Notes: a model not told the origin generated them from the sequence alone. Shown: positions 41,131 through 55,800, counted from the first letter of the stretch. The stretch is DNA of 64,000 bases from Trichoplax adhaerens (GCF_000150275.1 NW_002060946.1:2189454-2253453), one strand, 5' to 3'. Numbers and translations are program-made.

Positions 41131-44039
41131 GTCGTTTGTTCTTGCATCATTCAATGATTACCAGCGCTGTTGACGATGCAATGTTTAATGTTATGGTATT
41201 ACATAGATTAGCTACGATATGAATAAGGCAGGTTAAAAGATACTGTATCTCGAGTGAACTAGAGCCGCATTTTACGAAGTTTGCATTTAACTTGACTCTC
41301 TCTTTTGATTAGTCCAGTATTCCAGTTTTCCATCCAGTGAATAATTAGCAATAGTACAGTTTAAGGTTGCACTTTGTATGTGAATTAATCAGATGATAAT
41401 TGTGCTTTCGTTGAGTGAATCAGGATTAATTTCAAATGGCACTATCTGTGAATCAGTCATTAACAAGTATACTATGGTCTAGTGAACAAATTAGGAGTAG
41501 TTTAAGGCTGTACTTTGTCTGTAAATTATATCACCTATTATAAATAAACTGTGCTATGGATCCAATGAAATTGCGTATCAGTCATTTTGACACAATAAAC
41601 TGAAGGTAAACGAAGGACTTTGGAAGGAGCCTTTCTCTCTCTGTTCCTATTACAGTCCATTTCTATTTGATCTGCACAGATCTTGGGTTTATATTGTCAC
41701 TAAATCACTGTGAATACTTGAAAATATGGGTAAAATGAATAAATTATGTTTCATTTTTTTTGCCCGTAGCCAACAAAAATAAATGAAGCCATCGCGTACT
41801 TCCACCGCACCATCACGTGATCATGGCTGCGGACATGCGGTCGTGGTTGCTTTCCCGTCGTGAGTTGAGCGTCATAGAGAGACTGTTGACTGTGCAATGT
41901 TGTCAGTCCAGTGAGGGTGTGTTTTTAGTCATCTGTAGTACCACTTGGACGACTGTAGGCTGCGAACGTAACCATCAAGCACGTCAGTTGAAGACGCGTC
42001 CGTCGGTGTCCTGTCGCTCTTGTTGCTGACGCCATTGAAAATCTTTTCTTGCCCATTGACTCTTTCCAATATTTCCCAATTTTCTTGGCTATTGCAGCAG
42101 TTGTGTCGTTTAAAATCAGCTTTTACTTGTTGGACAAACTTAATAGTAGTATTAAATGAGCTACTAGCTTGCCATTGACCGATATTCATATCAAACTTGG
42201 ATCAACAATGGTAGGTAAACTTTGGAACTTGGTCTTACTGATGTTAATCGCCGGTCATCTATCTATAAATCAAGTAAGTTTTCACTGCTCAATAACGCTA
42301 ATATAAATCCATTACTGGAAAAGTTGTACAACTTGAATGTACTGTATATTGTAGTGGAAGTGGATACAGAGTATCTCAATATATTCTTCATGCTACGTAT
42401 ACCAATACCTTTGAGGGGGGAAAAAATGAGAGAGAAAAATATTACGAAATTTCAACAATCATGAGAAAGATGAATTGTGCCTTTCGTAACATTTTGCACG
42501 ATTTTTTCCTCCCCAAAATAGTCGTTGCATCCAAGCACCTACTCAGTAGATGACGATATATGTTTGTCCGTTGATACCTTTCCAAATGGACGTCGTTGTT
42601 GACGTCAGTGAAAATGGTCATTATTACACAGGTTGAAACTTTCTATAGACAGAATGGTACTGTGCTATGACTGCGATAGATGGATATAAATGTTGATTGA
42701 GGAGGAAATTAAAATGATTATAATCGCTCTCCTTATTTTTAATTTTCCTATCATTACTGTTTCAAGCTTTCGACAATTGAGTCATTTTATAAGCTTAAGT
42801 TGAGTGGCTTTGATTGATTGACCACCGCATGTTGTTACTACATTAAATGAAATGAAAAATTGGTGACAATACTAATGCAACAACATCAATATGGAATGAA
42901 TTAATTAACACTTACCCAGCATTTTATTGGCCAACAACGGCAAATTATGGAAGAAAAATATTTCCAAGGAAATCCATGAATGATAATACCTTACTAGTCA
43001 TTCTAATTACGGGTAATTAATGAATTAATTCATTGGACATTATGAGTAATGGCAGTTTACAAATAAGGAATGCTATCATTCCATGGATGGTTGTCCTAGG
43101 CATGAAAACGATTGCAACTCATGATAAGATAAATTACATATTATTATTATTATTAATCCATCAATTAATCATACTCCTATGAAGGAACTAGCTGTTGACG
43201 CATACAATGATCATGACAAGAACGAGCATAGACACTATTTCGTAATTTGAAGTCAGTTGCGATGGTGTTCTATCCTTTTGTCACAAGTGGATTAGTAAGT
43301 TCCTTTTAAATAGGATTGCAACCATCAGAACGATCTTTTATCGCTGAACACAAAAAATACGAAATTAAACTATGTTCATGGTTGAAACCATGTACTAATC
43401 GCATCGAGAACTGACAATGTTTTCGAAAGGCAAGAGGAATAGTTTTCAAGCCAGTGCTTATTTTTTATACTCTACTGTAATTTTCTATTTCCACTCCAGT
43501 GATGATTTAGTAAGTCACGGTACTGTATCCGTCGCATGTCAACTTTCTGATATCTATGGTAGCGGCTTGCATGGAATTTAGTCTTAAGTGTACCATCCCC
43601 ATAAATGCTTTACTTGGTTGAAATGAACGACGTAAATTAAGCTAGAAAACTGGATGATGTTGCCAACTTGAGAAAGTAAAAAATGCAAACTATACGTTGT
43701 TGCCAAGTACGCAATTCGATCTTACTTGTACAATACGTGGAAAAATCGGAAGTCAGACTGCCTGTCTTAACATTTGGTACAAAAGTAAAAATAATTCTGG
43801 TTTCGAATTTACCAACTTGACATTTATCGTAGAAAGCATTCTCATTAATACAAGGCTATGAGCTTCAGCTTGAGAATCCTTTAATTATCGCATAATGATG
43901 ATAAATATTTAATATGTTCGTTGGCCTTAAACCATCTTCATTAGTGAAGGGATAGATGCTACAACATTTTAAAATTTTAATCAAGGTTTATATTTGGAAA
44001 ATTGAAGGTAATTGAGAAGTTTAGATAGAAGTCGTGTAG

Positions 44040-47000
44040 TGGCTGACAGCTGGTAGTATTGCAGCAATATTAATAATCTTAATCTCAATGTGTACTGTAA
44101 GCATGAATTATCCGGAAAAATCTTGAGGTATTCTTTATATAATTATGTGCCAAACCGCGTGAGACGGTATTAGAAATCAAAATCAAGTACTGTAGTTGAA
44201 ATAAAAGGATGTATCCTACCTTTCCAACTATATTAAGTTTTTTTATGCACATAGTACGGTAACTATTCTGCTAACTACGATAATTACTAAATTTTCAACG
44301 TTGCTCTTGGTCATCAATCAAATCATGCACGTAAAATTACTATGAATGCGTTATAGTTATAATTTTAAGCGATAAGGTGATACATACGAGTTACTTGTGA
44401 ATTAATTTAAGAACATTTACAACATATATATTAGTAGACGATGATTAGTTACTGACTAAAGTAAGCCATACATATACTTTACTATTCGCTTTGATCTTTC
44501 AGGTAAATTGCCAATATTCTACTCGTGCCAGACTGATGTTAGAACTGGTCCAATATTATAATCCTAATGAAAGACTTTATGATGGAAGGAAATGCGATGT
44601 ATTTTCCGCGTGCGATTACGTTTTTGAGATAGCAATTGGCACATCTGGTCGAAATAATAGTTATTACTCCCTCGTAACCAATACCTTTGAAAATGGCCAA
44701 TACATTCAGTTCTCATCAGGAACAGCGCTGGCATCCAATGTTGGAAATCCAATTAGGGTTCCTATTCTTACGGCATTACCGGTAGGCTATGAAAATATCA
44801 GGATATTTGATTTCAAGTACTGTAATTATGCATAACCGATACACAAAAGTGTCATTTGTTTTTGTTAATAATCTGTTACATTGCTATAAAATTTTAGCCT
44901 TATTACCAAGTTAGTACCATCATCATTGATTGGGTATTGCTTAAAATTTGGTAGTTGATGATACAGTACTTCTCGTCAAGACAGGTATACCGCTATTACA
45001 AATTACTTTTTAACCGTGCAGTGCAGTATTTTACTACATTACCAAATGTATGGTAGTAGTGGTTTATTATTAGTTCAAATATTATAACGATAGCATACTA
45101 CAGTACGTGTAGCTCCTGGTCTGCTAACGATAAACAATTATAAAGAACACTAATTTATAGCATGCTCGGATTGATTACCATCACATAATTTATTCGAATC
45201 ATTCATTATATTTAAGACAGCAACAGTGTAATGATTTTATATCTTAAATGAATTTACTATCTTATTCCAAAGGCATCCGAATCGATACAATTATCTATCA
45301 TCGTCAAAGACAACGAATTCAATTCGAAATTTGAAATTGTGGATTTTTTACGCTACTATAGCGACGCACTATCCGGAACCTCATTAAATAATCTAGTTAT
45401 TACTGGTACACGAACTAAAGTCAATCCATCCAAATTAACAGTCAACTTTAAGATAGAATGTGGGACTGGCTGGGAAGGCCCCAAATGCGATAGAGGTACA
45501 TCGACCGTATAGTATTAAAATTATCTTAGCAGTACTATAATTTGACAGTAGCAAAACTTCATTTTAAAATAGTCCAATAAAACTTTTGAATAAACTTAGT
45601 TAAATACTACCAATGTTACTTGTCCTAATGTTAAGATTGAAATATTTGTACGTAATTATTTTTAATCTTTATAAAATAGTGCAACAAAATTTTTGAATAA
45701 ACTCAGTCAAATACTACCAATATGTACTTGTCCTAATGTTAAAACTGAAATATTTGTATGTAATTATTTCAAATCTTTATAAAGCTATCTGCCGCTCAGG
45801 CTGTAGCGTTACGCGTGGTTCATGTAACAATAGTCCATTTACCTGCAGGTAAGTTTTAAAGCCTATAGCACTATCAAATTGGTATTCTTGTTGACTATTT
45901 TCTTTGTAAAGGATAAGATCTAATAGAATTGTACTTTTGCTCAGTTTCACTTTTGTTGCTGTACATATATTGTATGAATAAATATCATTAAGCCGTTCTC
46001 ATCATAAAATATGAATAGTTGCAATCCTGGCTGGACTGGATCAACATGTGATTCTTGTATAAAGTTATCAGGCTGTGGTAAATCATATAGCTAAGATCAT
46101 TTTTATTTTTTTCAATGAATATTTAATGCAGGCTTCTTAGAGATTATGTAATCTTTCATCTACATTAGTGCTTTTATTGGACACATTGACGTGGATGTGT
46201 AATTTGTAGTAGTAAGAATTAATTTATTTTAATGAACTTCAATTGCATGTTGTTTTTTAGTACATGGCTATTGCCGCCTTGGAAATGATTGTACCTGCAG
46301 CACTGGTTGGCAGGGATCGTACTGCAATATAGGTGCGTAAATAGTTGCTGGCGTTGAGTTATATTATAAAGTTTATGAATGATGTTGTCCATAAAAATAC
46401 TATTAGAGCCTATAGTGGTTTGAGTCTTTTCAACGAATTGGATGTATTACAGCTAAAACTCTAGTTTATCGAATTAATAATTTGCATATGTTATATGATG
46501 CTCTTTAACGGTAATCATTGTTGCTATTTTCAAGCGATATGTTCCGGTGGATGTAATGCTGAACATGGACGGTGTGCCTCGCCAGATAAATGTTTGTAAG
46601 TTGAAATTGATGTGTGATAAAGTAGTTATAGCAATTTGTAAACTGCTACAAATTTAGTTACGCTCTCTCTCATATGATCGTAAGTATACTTTTTCTCTCT
46701 GTTACGTTCGGTAATGATTAGCACTCCATAGCTTAACTGAAGCATAACTTATGCTGATATTTGTTTTCAACTCGAAATAGATGTGACTCTGGATGGACTG
46801 GTACAAGCTGTGATACTTGTATTAAATCGCCACACTGTTCAGGTATGAACTAACTAGTATCGCCACCTTTATACCCTATTTACTCTTAATATCGTAAGAC
46901 ATGTCAATAACGACGGCATGGTATATACTGTACTTGTTCATCCTAACTTTGATTAAATTCTTGAAGCCTGTCTTTGTTTTCTATGTGTAAAATAAAAATG

Positions 47001-50000
47001 TCTGCTTGAATTAGAATTACATGGTTATTGTCTCAATGGAAACGATTGTCTCTGCCATGATGGTTGGGGTGGTCCAAATTGTGATAAAGGTACGGATTTA
47101 GAAGCTTTGGCTTCGCGTTATTAAATTTGCGATATAATAATTACAGCTTATAATGCTTATAAAATTGATTTTGTTACGTAAAATAACATTTAAATCCTTT
47201 ATCGCAATTAACTCAATAAGTACTCGTATTTCGACATGGGATCTCTTAATTGGTTACCTTTATCAATTTGTTTTCTTTACTTATTAACGATTGTATTAAA
47301 ATTTTATTAACATTATGCGATTTTGAATTAGCCGAATAGCTTATCGCCCGTATTTTATTCTAATTTTATCATTTAATTACTGTATGTTTAGACTTAAATC
47401 CATGTAGTAACCCTAATCGTTGTAAAAATGGTGGTACATGCCAGCGTTTAGGAATAAATACCTATAGGTGCAACTGTCTACCAAGATATACTGGAGGTCA
47501 CTGTGAATATTGTACGTTAGTCATTTAAATTATATGGCTTTTAATATTTTGTTGTCAATGCTACTTTGGTAATTATCTTGAGCAAAACTTCTATGTCAGC
47601 ATATATTTACAAACTATTTGTTTGCTGTTTTCGACAATATGTTTAGCGCCACCTGATAAGCCTCAGGTACGAAATATTGCCATCAATGCTACACAAATAG
47701 CGATAACATGGGATAAATTCCAATCAAACGGTGGCTACCCTTTAGTTAAACTATACTTTCGATTAGACTATTATCAAGTTAGCAGCTTCGGCAGCCCCGT
47801 TTTCGGCACTAGATCTTCATCTAGCAACATCTCTTATGAAATTAACGAGGCCACCATTTCTCACCTACTGCCCGTAACCTATTATAGTGTTAGCGTTATC
47901 GCTTTTAATGGAATTGGTAAGAATAGCAGTTCGTGGAGGAGAGTAAAAACTATAGGTTATCCTCCACACCCTCCGATCATTAATAGAATAGTTACAACAA
48001 TGAATGCTATCGATATTGAATGGAACATTACATCAACTGGGGGTTATGATATTTCGGAGGTTCAGAGTTTCCTTGAATATCAAAAATGGTCAGATTATTT
48101 TGAAAATCGAGAAAAGGGTTTGACTAAGATACTTCTTCATCATTATCAATATCGAATTGACAAATTGCAATCAAATACTGGCTATAGATTGCGTATTACC
48201 GTAAAAAATCCTATTGCTAAGCGTTCTTCTATATGGATCAACGAAACCACTTATGGTATGGCTAGTTAAGCTTTGTACTTTATTGCTTATATTTCGTGAC
48301 ATAATTACCAGTACAATGTATCACAAGTTTGCTGCGCAAGCAGTTTTTAAGTAAATAGCGGAAGAGTTCCAATTTCACTATGGTGTTCTCTCTGAATTTC
48401 ACATTTTAAAGAATCTATTTAATTTAATTTATTTTACAGGTGTCCCTGGTCTTCCAATTATTTCTAGTTTAATTAGTACCTCCACGACTATAATTGTTCG
48501 TTGGTTACCATCTCCCTCAAATGGTGGTTATACCATGTCGAACTTATCATACAATGTAGAATACTTGCAGGCTGATGGCTATCAAGAACGTATTTGTCCA
48601 AGATGTACAGTTTCGCCATCAGTTAATAACGTTTACTTTCTATTAAATAAACTAACGATTGGAAGTCCCTATGTAATAAGAATTAAGGCAACTAATCCAG
48701 GAGGAGAAAGTTATAGCAGTTGGAGAAGAATGTCTACAAAAGGTGTGTAAGTAGTCTTGCGTTATGGGCTTGATATTTTTAAGTACAAGAATGGGCAACT
48801 AAAAAATGAGAAATCTCCTTTATCAGGTGGTCCCTGGTACATAGTGTATAGAAGTACTTCGTAAAACAACTGATTTATTTAAAAAAGTAACGGTTTAACA
48901 AAATTCAGATTCCTGTTATAGAATCCTTGAGACGTTTTATCACGCTAACATTATACTTACGGTATAACCTGCTAATTACTTTATCTAGCTTTTGTGTATA
49001 TAAAGTTGACGTAGTATTAGAACATTGTCATTGTAAATTTTTATGTAATAAGTCCTTATGCTCTATAAATATTCTTATCTAAACTTTCACTCCCTGTACA
49101 TATTTGTATCGAATACTACGGTATCATCATGGTTTGATTCATGTTTGATTGGGTTTTATCTTTAGGATATCCGCGTAACGTAAAAATTGATCAAGTCTTA
49201 CGTAATTCTACATCACTAAATATCACATGGTTTCCAGTCGTTGATAATGGCGGTTACAGTTCTTCCAGTCTCATATATTTTATTGAATACATCAACAAAT
49301 CCAGTCCTTTCAGTAATAGCCAATCTAATTGCGATGCTTGTAAAAGGACAAACAATGTTACTACAACTTTTGTAGTAGTATATAGATTGACAGTATTGAC
49401 AGAGTATTATGTTCGGTTACATGCAATTAATCCAACAGGAGACTCAAAATCGTCGTGGCAAAGTACGACAACTTTAGGTCAGTTCTTTAATCTAGATCAC
49501 ATATAATATCTTTACAGATTTTCACGCTATTTCTTCTACTCGTGTAACAGGTATGCGGATAGCTAAATATTACTACTTTCAAATAATAGTCGTATCTCAT
49601 TGCAATAGCCAAAGCTTAAAGCAATGTAATCAATAGGAATTGTCGTTATTTAATACAACAGTATTAGTATTAAGATTATCTATCTATTTTGGCTTTAGTC
49701 GTTAAATGCTTTGCAAGTTTATTCAGAAAAGTGTCTGGATTCTATCCTTTTAGCAATTTCTTGACAGGAACTCTAACATCAGGCTATTATTTGTATAGTA
49801 TCAGTAATTTAATTTATTAGTATGTCTAAACGTTGTATTACATGAGTTAAATGTGTAAATCGTTGGTAATTCATGAACTCTCCTATGAGTTTATCAAGCT
49901 GATGTCGTTTATTTTTCTAATAGAAAAAGTATTCAAACATAAAGTACTAAATACTTGCTAAATTATGCCTTTTCGCTACTAACAGCTTGCTTTTGTAAAA

Positions 50001-52808
50001 TTTGGTTACAGGATACCCTCCTGATGCTCCAACAGGTATTACAATTGTAGCCGATGCGCAAAGAGCCACGATCACATATAAAAGAATCAAATATTACGGT
50101 GGTTATAGTTTAGGAAGCATTACGTTTTATGCCAGATATCTCATCAATAACGGACAAGTGCCTAATACTGATTGTACGAACTGCTATAAGAGGACTTATG
50201 GTACAGAATCTTCGATTCAATTAACTGGTTTATTGGTTGGTACAGTTTATTACATTCAAGTTGTTGCAGCTAATGAAGCAGGGCAAAATGCCAGTCATTG
50301 GGAAAGATTCACAACGAAAGGTTATCTTTGAAATTGTATAATCGTATAACGATGTATATGTGCTTTACAGATCTAATTTTGAATCTAATATTATGCATTG
50401 ATAAATTCTTATGTACTTCTGTTTACAGGTAAACCAAGTTCAGTTACTGGCATTAGAATTACTGTTTTACCCTCGGGGGTTATAATTACATGGGATCATC
50501 CAGCGTATACCGGAGGTTACGATCATTCACAAATCACTTACTTTGTTGAATACGGTGTTGCTGGTACAGGCAGTGATGGGTGCCAAAGTTGTACGACTAT
50601 CCCTACAAATAGAAATACCACTGTGACTTTACGCGGTTTAGGGAGCTCAAGAGAATATCGAATACGCGTCATAGCAAATAGTCCAGCAGGCGTTTCAGCT
50701 AGTAACTGGACATCAGTGTGGACAAGAGGTATCAAAAATTGTTATACGAATGTTTTTAGCCACGCATTCGTAATTATTAGGTTGTTCATAAACTTGCATT
50801 GCTTTGTTATGTACCCTATGACTGTTACTTATTGCTTTTAAATCATGACGCTCAATACGATATTTTTTCTTATAATGAGGCATTACACATCGTACGTTAT
50901 GCATTATAATTTCTATTTATGATTCTGTGTATGCGTTTATGAAATATATTTTGTTCATATTTTGCTTATCACGACACCATTGTTAGCATTATACTTGCAT
51001 GCACGTAATGGTTTAATACTGATTGTTAATAAATCAATACTGTCATTTCTATCATTATATGATATGTAATGACGTCGAGGTGTTCTTCTCATTTCAAATC
51101 GGATAGATATATGTTTTGGACTAACAGATTCTTTATTACTTATTGATTGTTCCAATGGCTAATAACATTGACTAATTTTCTACTGAACGTTAATAGGTGT
51201 TCCTTCCGCTCCATCAGACATATTAATTGGAAATATTACCTCAACTTCGGTTTTAATTAGTTGGACTGCTGCTAAAAGCTACAATGATCAGAACTCAACT
51301 GATGTTGCTTACCGTGTCAAATATTCCATTCATCGTATGCGTGACATTAACTGTAGCTTTTGTCGCCTTACTTCTCCAACTTGGCGTACATTTATAGTAC
51401 TAACAGGATTAGAATCTTACACTGCTTACGATATTTCTGTTGTTGCTTCCAATAATCTTGGCAGTAAATCTTCTACTTGGTTTCGATTTGTTACTTTAGG
51501 TACGCGAAAAGTATACTAGATCATACTGCAGTTGATCATAATAATTGCTCGCTGTTTTGAATTAATGAAGAATTGTTATACCTCTTTAAATCATTTTCGC
51601 AGGTCAACAACCACAAATGCCACAAATTATTAATACAGAGGCAACATCGTCCTCAATAACAGTTAGATGGAAGTTACAAGACTACAATGGAGGGTATGAC
51701 ATGAAACAACTATCGTATTATTTGCAGTATCTGGCGGGAGAGGAGTTACGTGAAAATTCAACCTGTCATGCATGTCATAATACTTCAATCACGCAAGCAA
51801 ATCATATTCAAATCGCTGGTCTGTCACAAAACACCCGGTATAATATTAGGGTTGTGGCTGTTAATCCCGCAGGGACAAGTGTTAGCAAGTGGATGAAAGT
51901 TTCTACTACAGGTGTGTTTGTATGAAATGGTATGTGAATAATGCGCTAACATAGCTAATTTATATAAATATTAGAGTGATTTTATTATGGGTTGATGAGA
52001 TGCTTTCAGCAGTGCATAATAACAGTTAGTCTTGTTTATAATTTGTGCTGTAATATTATAGGCCTTCCAGAAAGACCCACAATTGTCAGTACTACAGCTA
52101 TCGATTCGTCTTTGATTATTCAATGGAATAAATTATCTTATAACGGTGGTTATCCTGTTGAAAATGTAATTTTTTACGTGCAATACAGCACCAAGGAGCA
52201 ACAGAGCAACAGTAGTCATTGTCAATTATGCCTACTAACTCAGCCAGTTAGGAATATCAATGTTACTGTAGGTGGTTTGAATCATTTAACGTTATATTGG
52301 ATTCGCGTTCTAGCTGAAAACGTAGTCGGTAGAAGTTATAGCCGTTGGCATCAAGCATGGACATTAGGTACTGTGTTACTATGATCGAATCCCTATTTCT
52401 AGAATGCAATTATTTTGTGTTACTTAATAGATTTCAGGCGAAGTTAATCAAACATGAAGTTACGTTGATTTTCTTATTAATCATTAGGTTATCCTCCTGG
52501 CTTAACTTCAATCACTTCTTCTTCCTCTACTCCTTACTCAATTTTTTTGACTTGGAGAGAAATCACTGATAACGGATTATATAGCATAAATGAATTAGTT
52601 CTTTACGTTCAATATGTCACAAAAGACTTTAAGACTCAAGATTGTAGATATTGTCATCGTGTAAATACTACTTCAGCAACTTCAGTCGTCATTCCGAATT
52701 TAATATCTAATACTATTTATAAAGCTAGAGTTATTGCTCAAAATACCGCTGGAAGTACTAAATCAGCATGGAAAGATATAGCGACAAAAAGTAAAGCAAC
52801 TTACATTC

Positions 52809-52843
<35 letters not shown>

Positions 52844-55800
52844 TATACACGTATGTAACAGAATTCGATACGTATAAACTTACGAATTGTTATTTTTGGG
52901 GAATTACTTTAGATTCCATACACTCTGGCATAGAATTCAATGTGATCAAGGTTACATCTGAAACAGCCACTATAAAGTGGACTGTAGAAAATCCAACAAA
53001 CCGTCACCCTCACACTTTTACGATAGAATATGTACAATCTAATATTCCTGTCTCTGGCTTAATTTGTTTACACTGTCACAAAGTAGTGAATCTCACTATC
53101 ACTCAGTATCAGCTGGTTAATTTATCGATAAATACGATTTATAAGTGGCGAATTAAGGTTTACAGCCTTCAGGAAACCAATATTACAGACTGGAAACAAT
53201 TTAAAACTACAGGTATATCTACAGTAATTTCCCTTCTTCTGAAATTAGTATGATATTAGTAAATAGTTAGATTCATACATTAGCTTAAATGTCTATAGTG
53301 TAGTGTACCTTTATTGAATCTCTATGGTATGCAAGAGAATTATCAAATTTGATTATTACAATTTTGTGATAATAGCAGATATTGTTTGAAGTTTTTTCTC
53401 CGCTTAATATCGACATTATATTTATTAATTCATTAAAGCATTTAGTCATTAAATTTTATGAGTTTTGAGAAGCATTTACTAAAGATAGTAACTCGTCATT
53501 CTAAATGTTTTCATTAAATTGAAAGGTCCTCCTGATAAGCCACATATTATCGCTGCAACTACCAACAGTTCGACAGCTGCAATTACCTGGACTTCCATTG
53601 ATTATAATGGTGGTTATGATAGAAGTCTTTTAGTCTATTATGCTCAATATACGAATAGGGAGTTACACGATGATGATTGCTTGCAATGCATGCGGTCTAG
53701 AAATATTACGGTAACGACTGCTGCAATTAAGAATTTAAATAGTAATTCAAATTACTGGGTGAGGATTATCTCGCATAATCCAACCGGCAAAAGTTACGGG
53801 AACTGGATGAAAATCAAGACTAAAGGTAGGTCATGAGATTGTCAATGTTAGGCTTAGGGTTATGTCTACATTTTCTATAGCTGTTACTTAATCACTCTCA
53901 ATTTCACCCTAGTCTTATTAAAAAAGTTAATTATAAATTTGCTGTCAAATTATCGCAATGGAATCTGTGGATAGACGCAATAAATTTATTAGTTTGCATT
54001 GTAAAAGGAAGTTTTCAACATAAGAAAAATATGAAAATATAATAAGACTGTATAAACACTTATACGGCTTTTGTAATTATACCGTATCATTTAACATTGA
54101 CGATGTCACATGTGTGAACAATACTTCTGAAAATCTTGTTAACTAATAGTTACGATCATGAGAGTCCATGATTTTAATTAAATTATAATTAGTCTCATGT
54201 ATGTAAATCTTTGTAGGATTACCTGATAAGCCGAAAATAACTAGTATCGTAAATAGCAACATCACGACAATTCTAGTCGATTGGGATCCCATTCGGTATA
54301 ACGGTGGCTACGACTTATCATTAGTAGTATACTATGTCATATTTGGTCCAAGTGTAATGGACGGTGGCATCCCAAGTCCATGTGAAAAGTGTAATCGAAG
54401 TTTGAGAACGTCCGGGAGTATGGCCATGTTAACATCGTTTATACCGCATACTTATTATAGTTTTAGAGTTGTGGCGAACAATGTAGTTGGCAGTAGTAGT
54501 AGTCCATGGGAGTATTTTAAGACTAGAGGTAAGTGAGTTTGATAGTCAGCAATGTCTCTAGAACATATGTCAAGTATTAAATTTAAAAAATATATTTTTA
54601 CTCATTACTATTGCGTTCGTACAGTACTAAAAGAGCAATACGTGTATTAAACATTTCCATTTCTTGTTTAGGTCTAGCTCCAAATCTCTTGAATATTAGT
54701 AGAATCATAGTAACAACTAATTCGATAGCTATATTTTGGCAATTACTATTCTCTGGTGGCTATCCTATAGAAGATATAGAATTTTTTATTCAGTATATCG
54801 AAGGACAGTGTCAGGAATCCTTTAATTGTACATTGTGTCAATTTATTAAGTCTGAAAATTGGTCATCCTTTACTATTAATCAGTTACCCTCAAACACCAA
54901 TTTTTGTTTCCGAGTAGCAGCATCAAACGAAATTGGAACATGCTACAGCCAGTGGATAAGCAGGCGGACTTTAGGTATGAAAAATTTATAAATGTACGAA
55001 TTGTTAGTAATATTTATTACCGCAAATTGTTAACGATATATTTCAACGTAAAAACGGAGAACGCTCGCCTACTATAACTCTAAAATTGAAAAAATGTTCT
55101 TGTTTATGCTCACGAATGAAATAATAGAGCCTACAGTATCAACAACAAAAATATCGGAAACTACGAGTATAATCACTCAAAGTCAACCGACCCTTGGAAG
55201 TACCGCGCCAGCTACGTCACTGGCAACTACTAAGTATTCAATCTTTCCACCTATACCTCATGTTACAGCAGTTGAGGGAGGTTGGAATTATATAAATATT
55301 TCCTGGATATCGCTAAAGAGAACAATTGATCCATCCACTTTTTATTTTATACGTTATAAAGAGCAAGTTGACGAGAATATGACTTGCTACGATTGCCTTG
55401 AAACATCGGCAATTTATCAACATCACTACTTGCTAAAAAATCTGCGGAATGATACAATTTACTTAATTCAGGTGGTAGCTAAGAATATGAATGGAAAAAG
55501 TTTTAGCGCTATAGTTCAAGTAAAAACAAAGGGTAATTTATATATGTCGAAACTTTAATGTATCTACTTTACTTGTTATAAAAACTTTAATAGATTAATC
55601 ATATTGGATTCTTAAACGCATATGATAATAATGGCTCTATACTTTAAACGAAGGCGATTTAAGCTTGTAATAATAATGCTGCTTTTTTTTCATTAGAATA
55701 TCTCTTTCAGGTGAAGTTTACTGTAGTTATGACTGTAGAAAATTTATATCTTATCTTTTTTAGACATCATTTTATTATCAGCCTACAATTGTTAGACATA

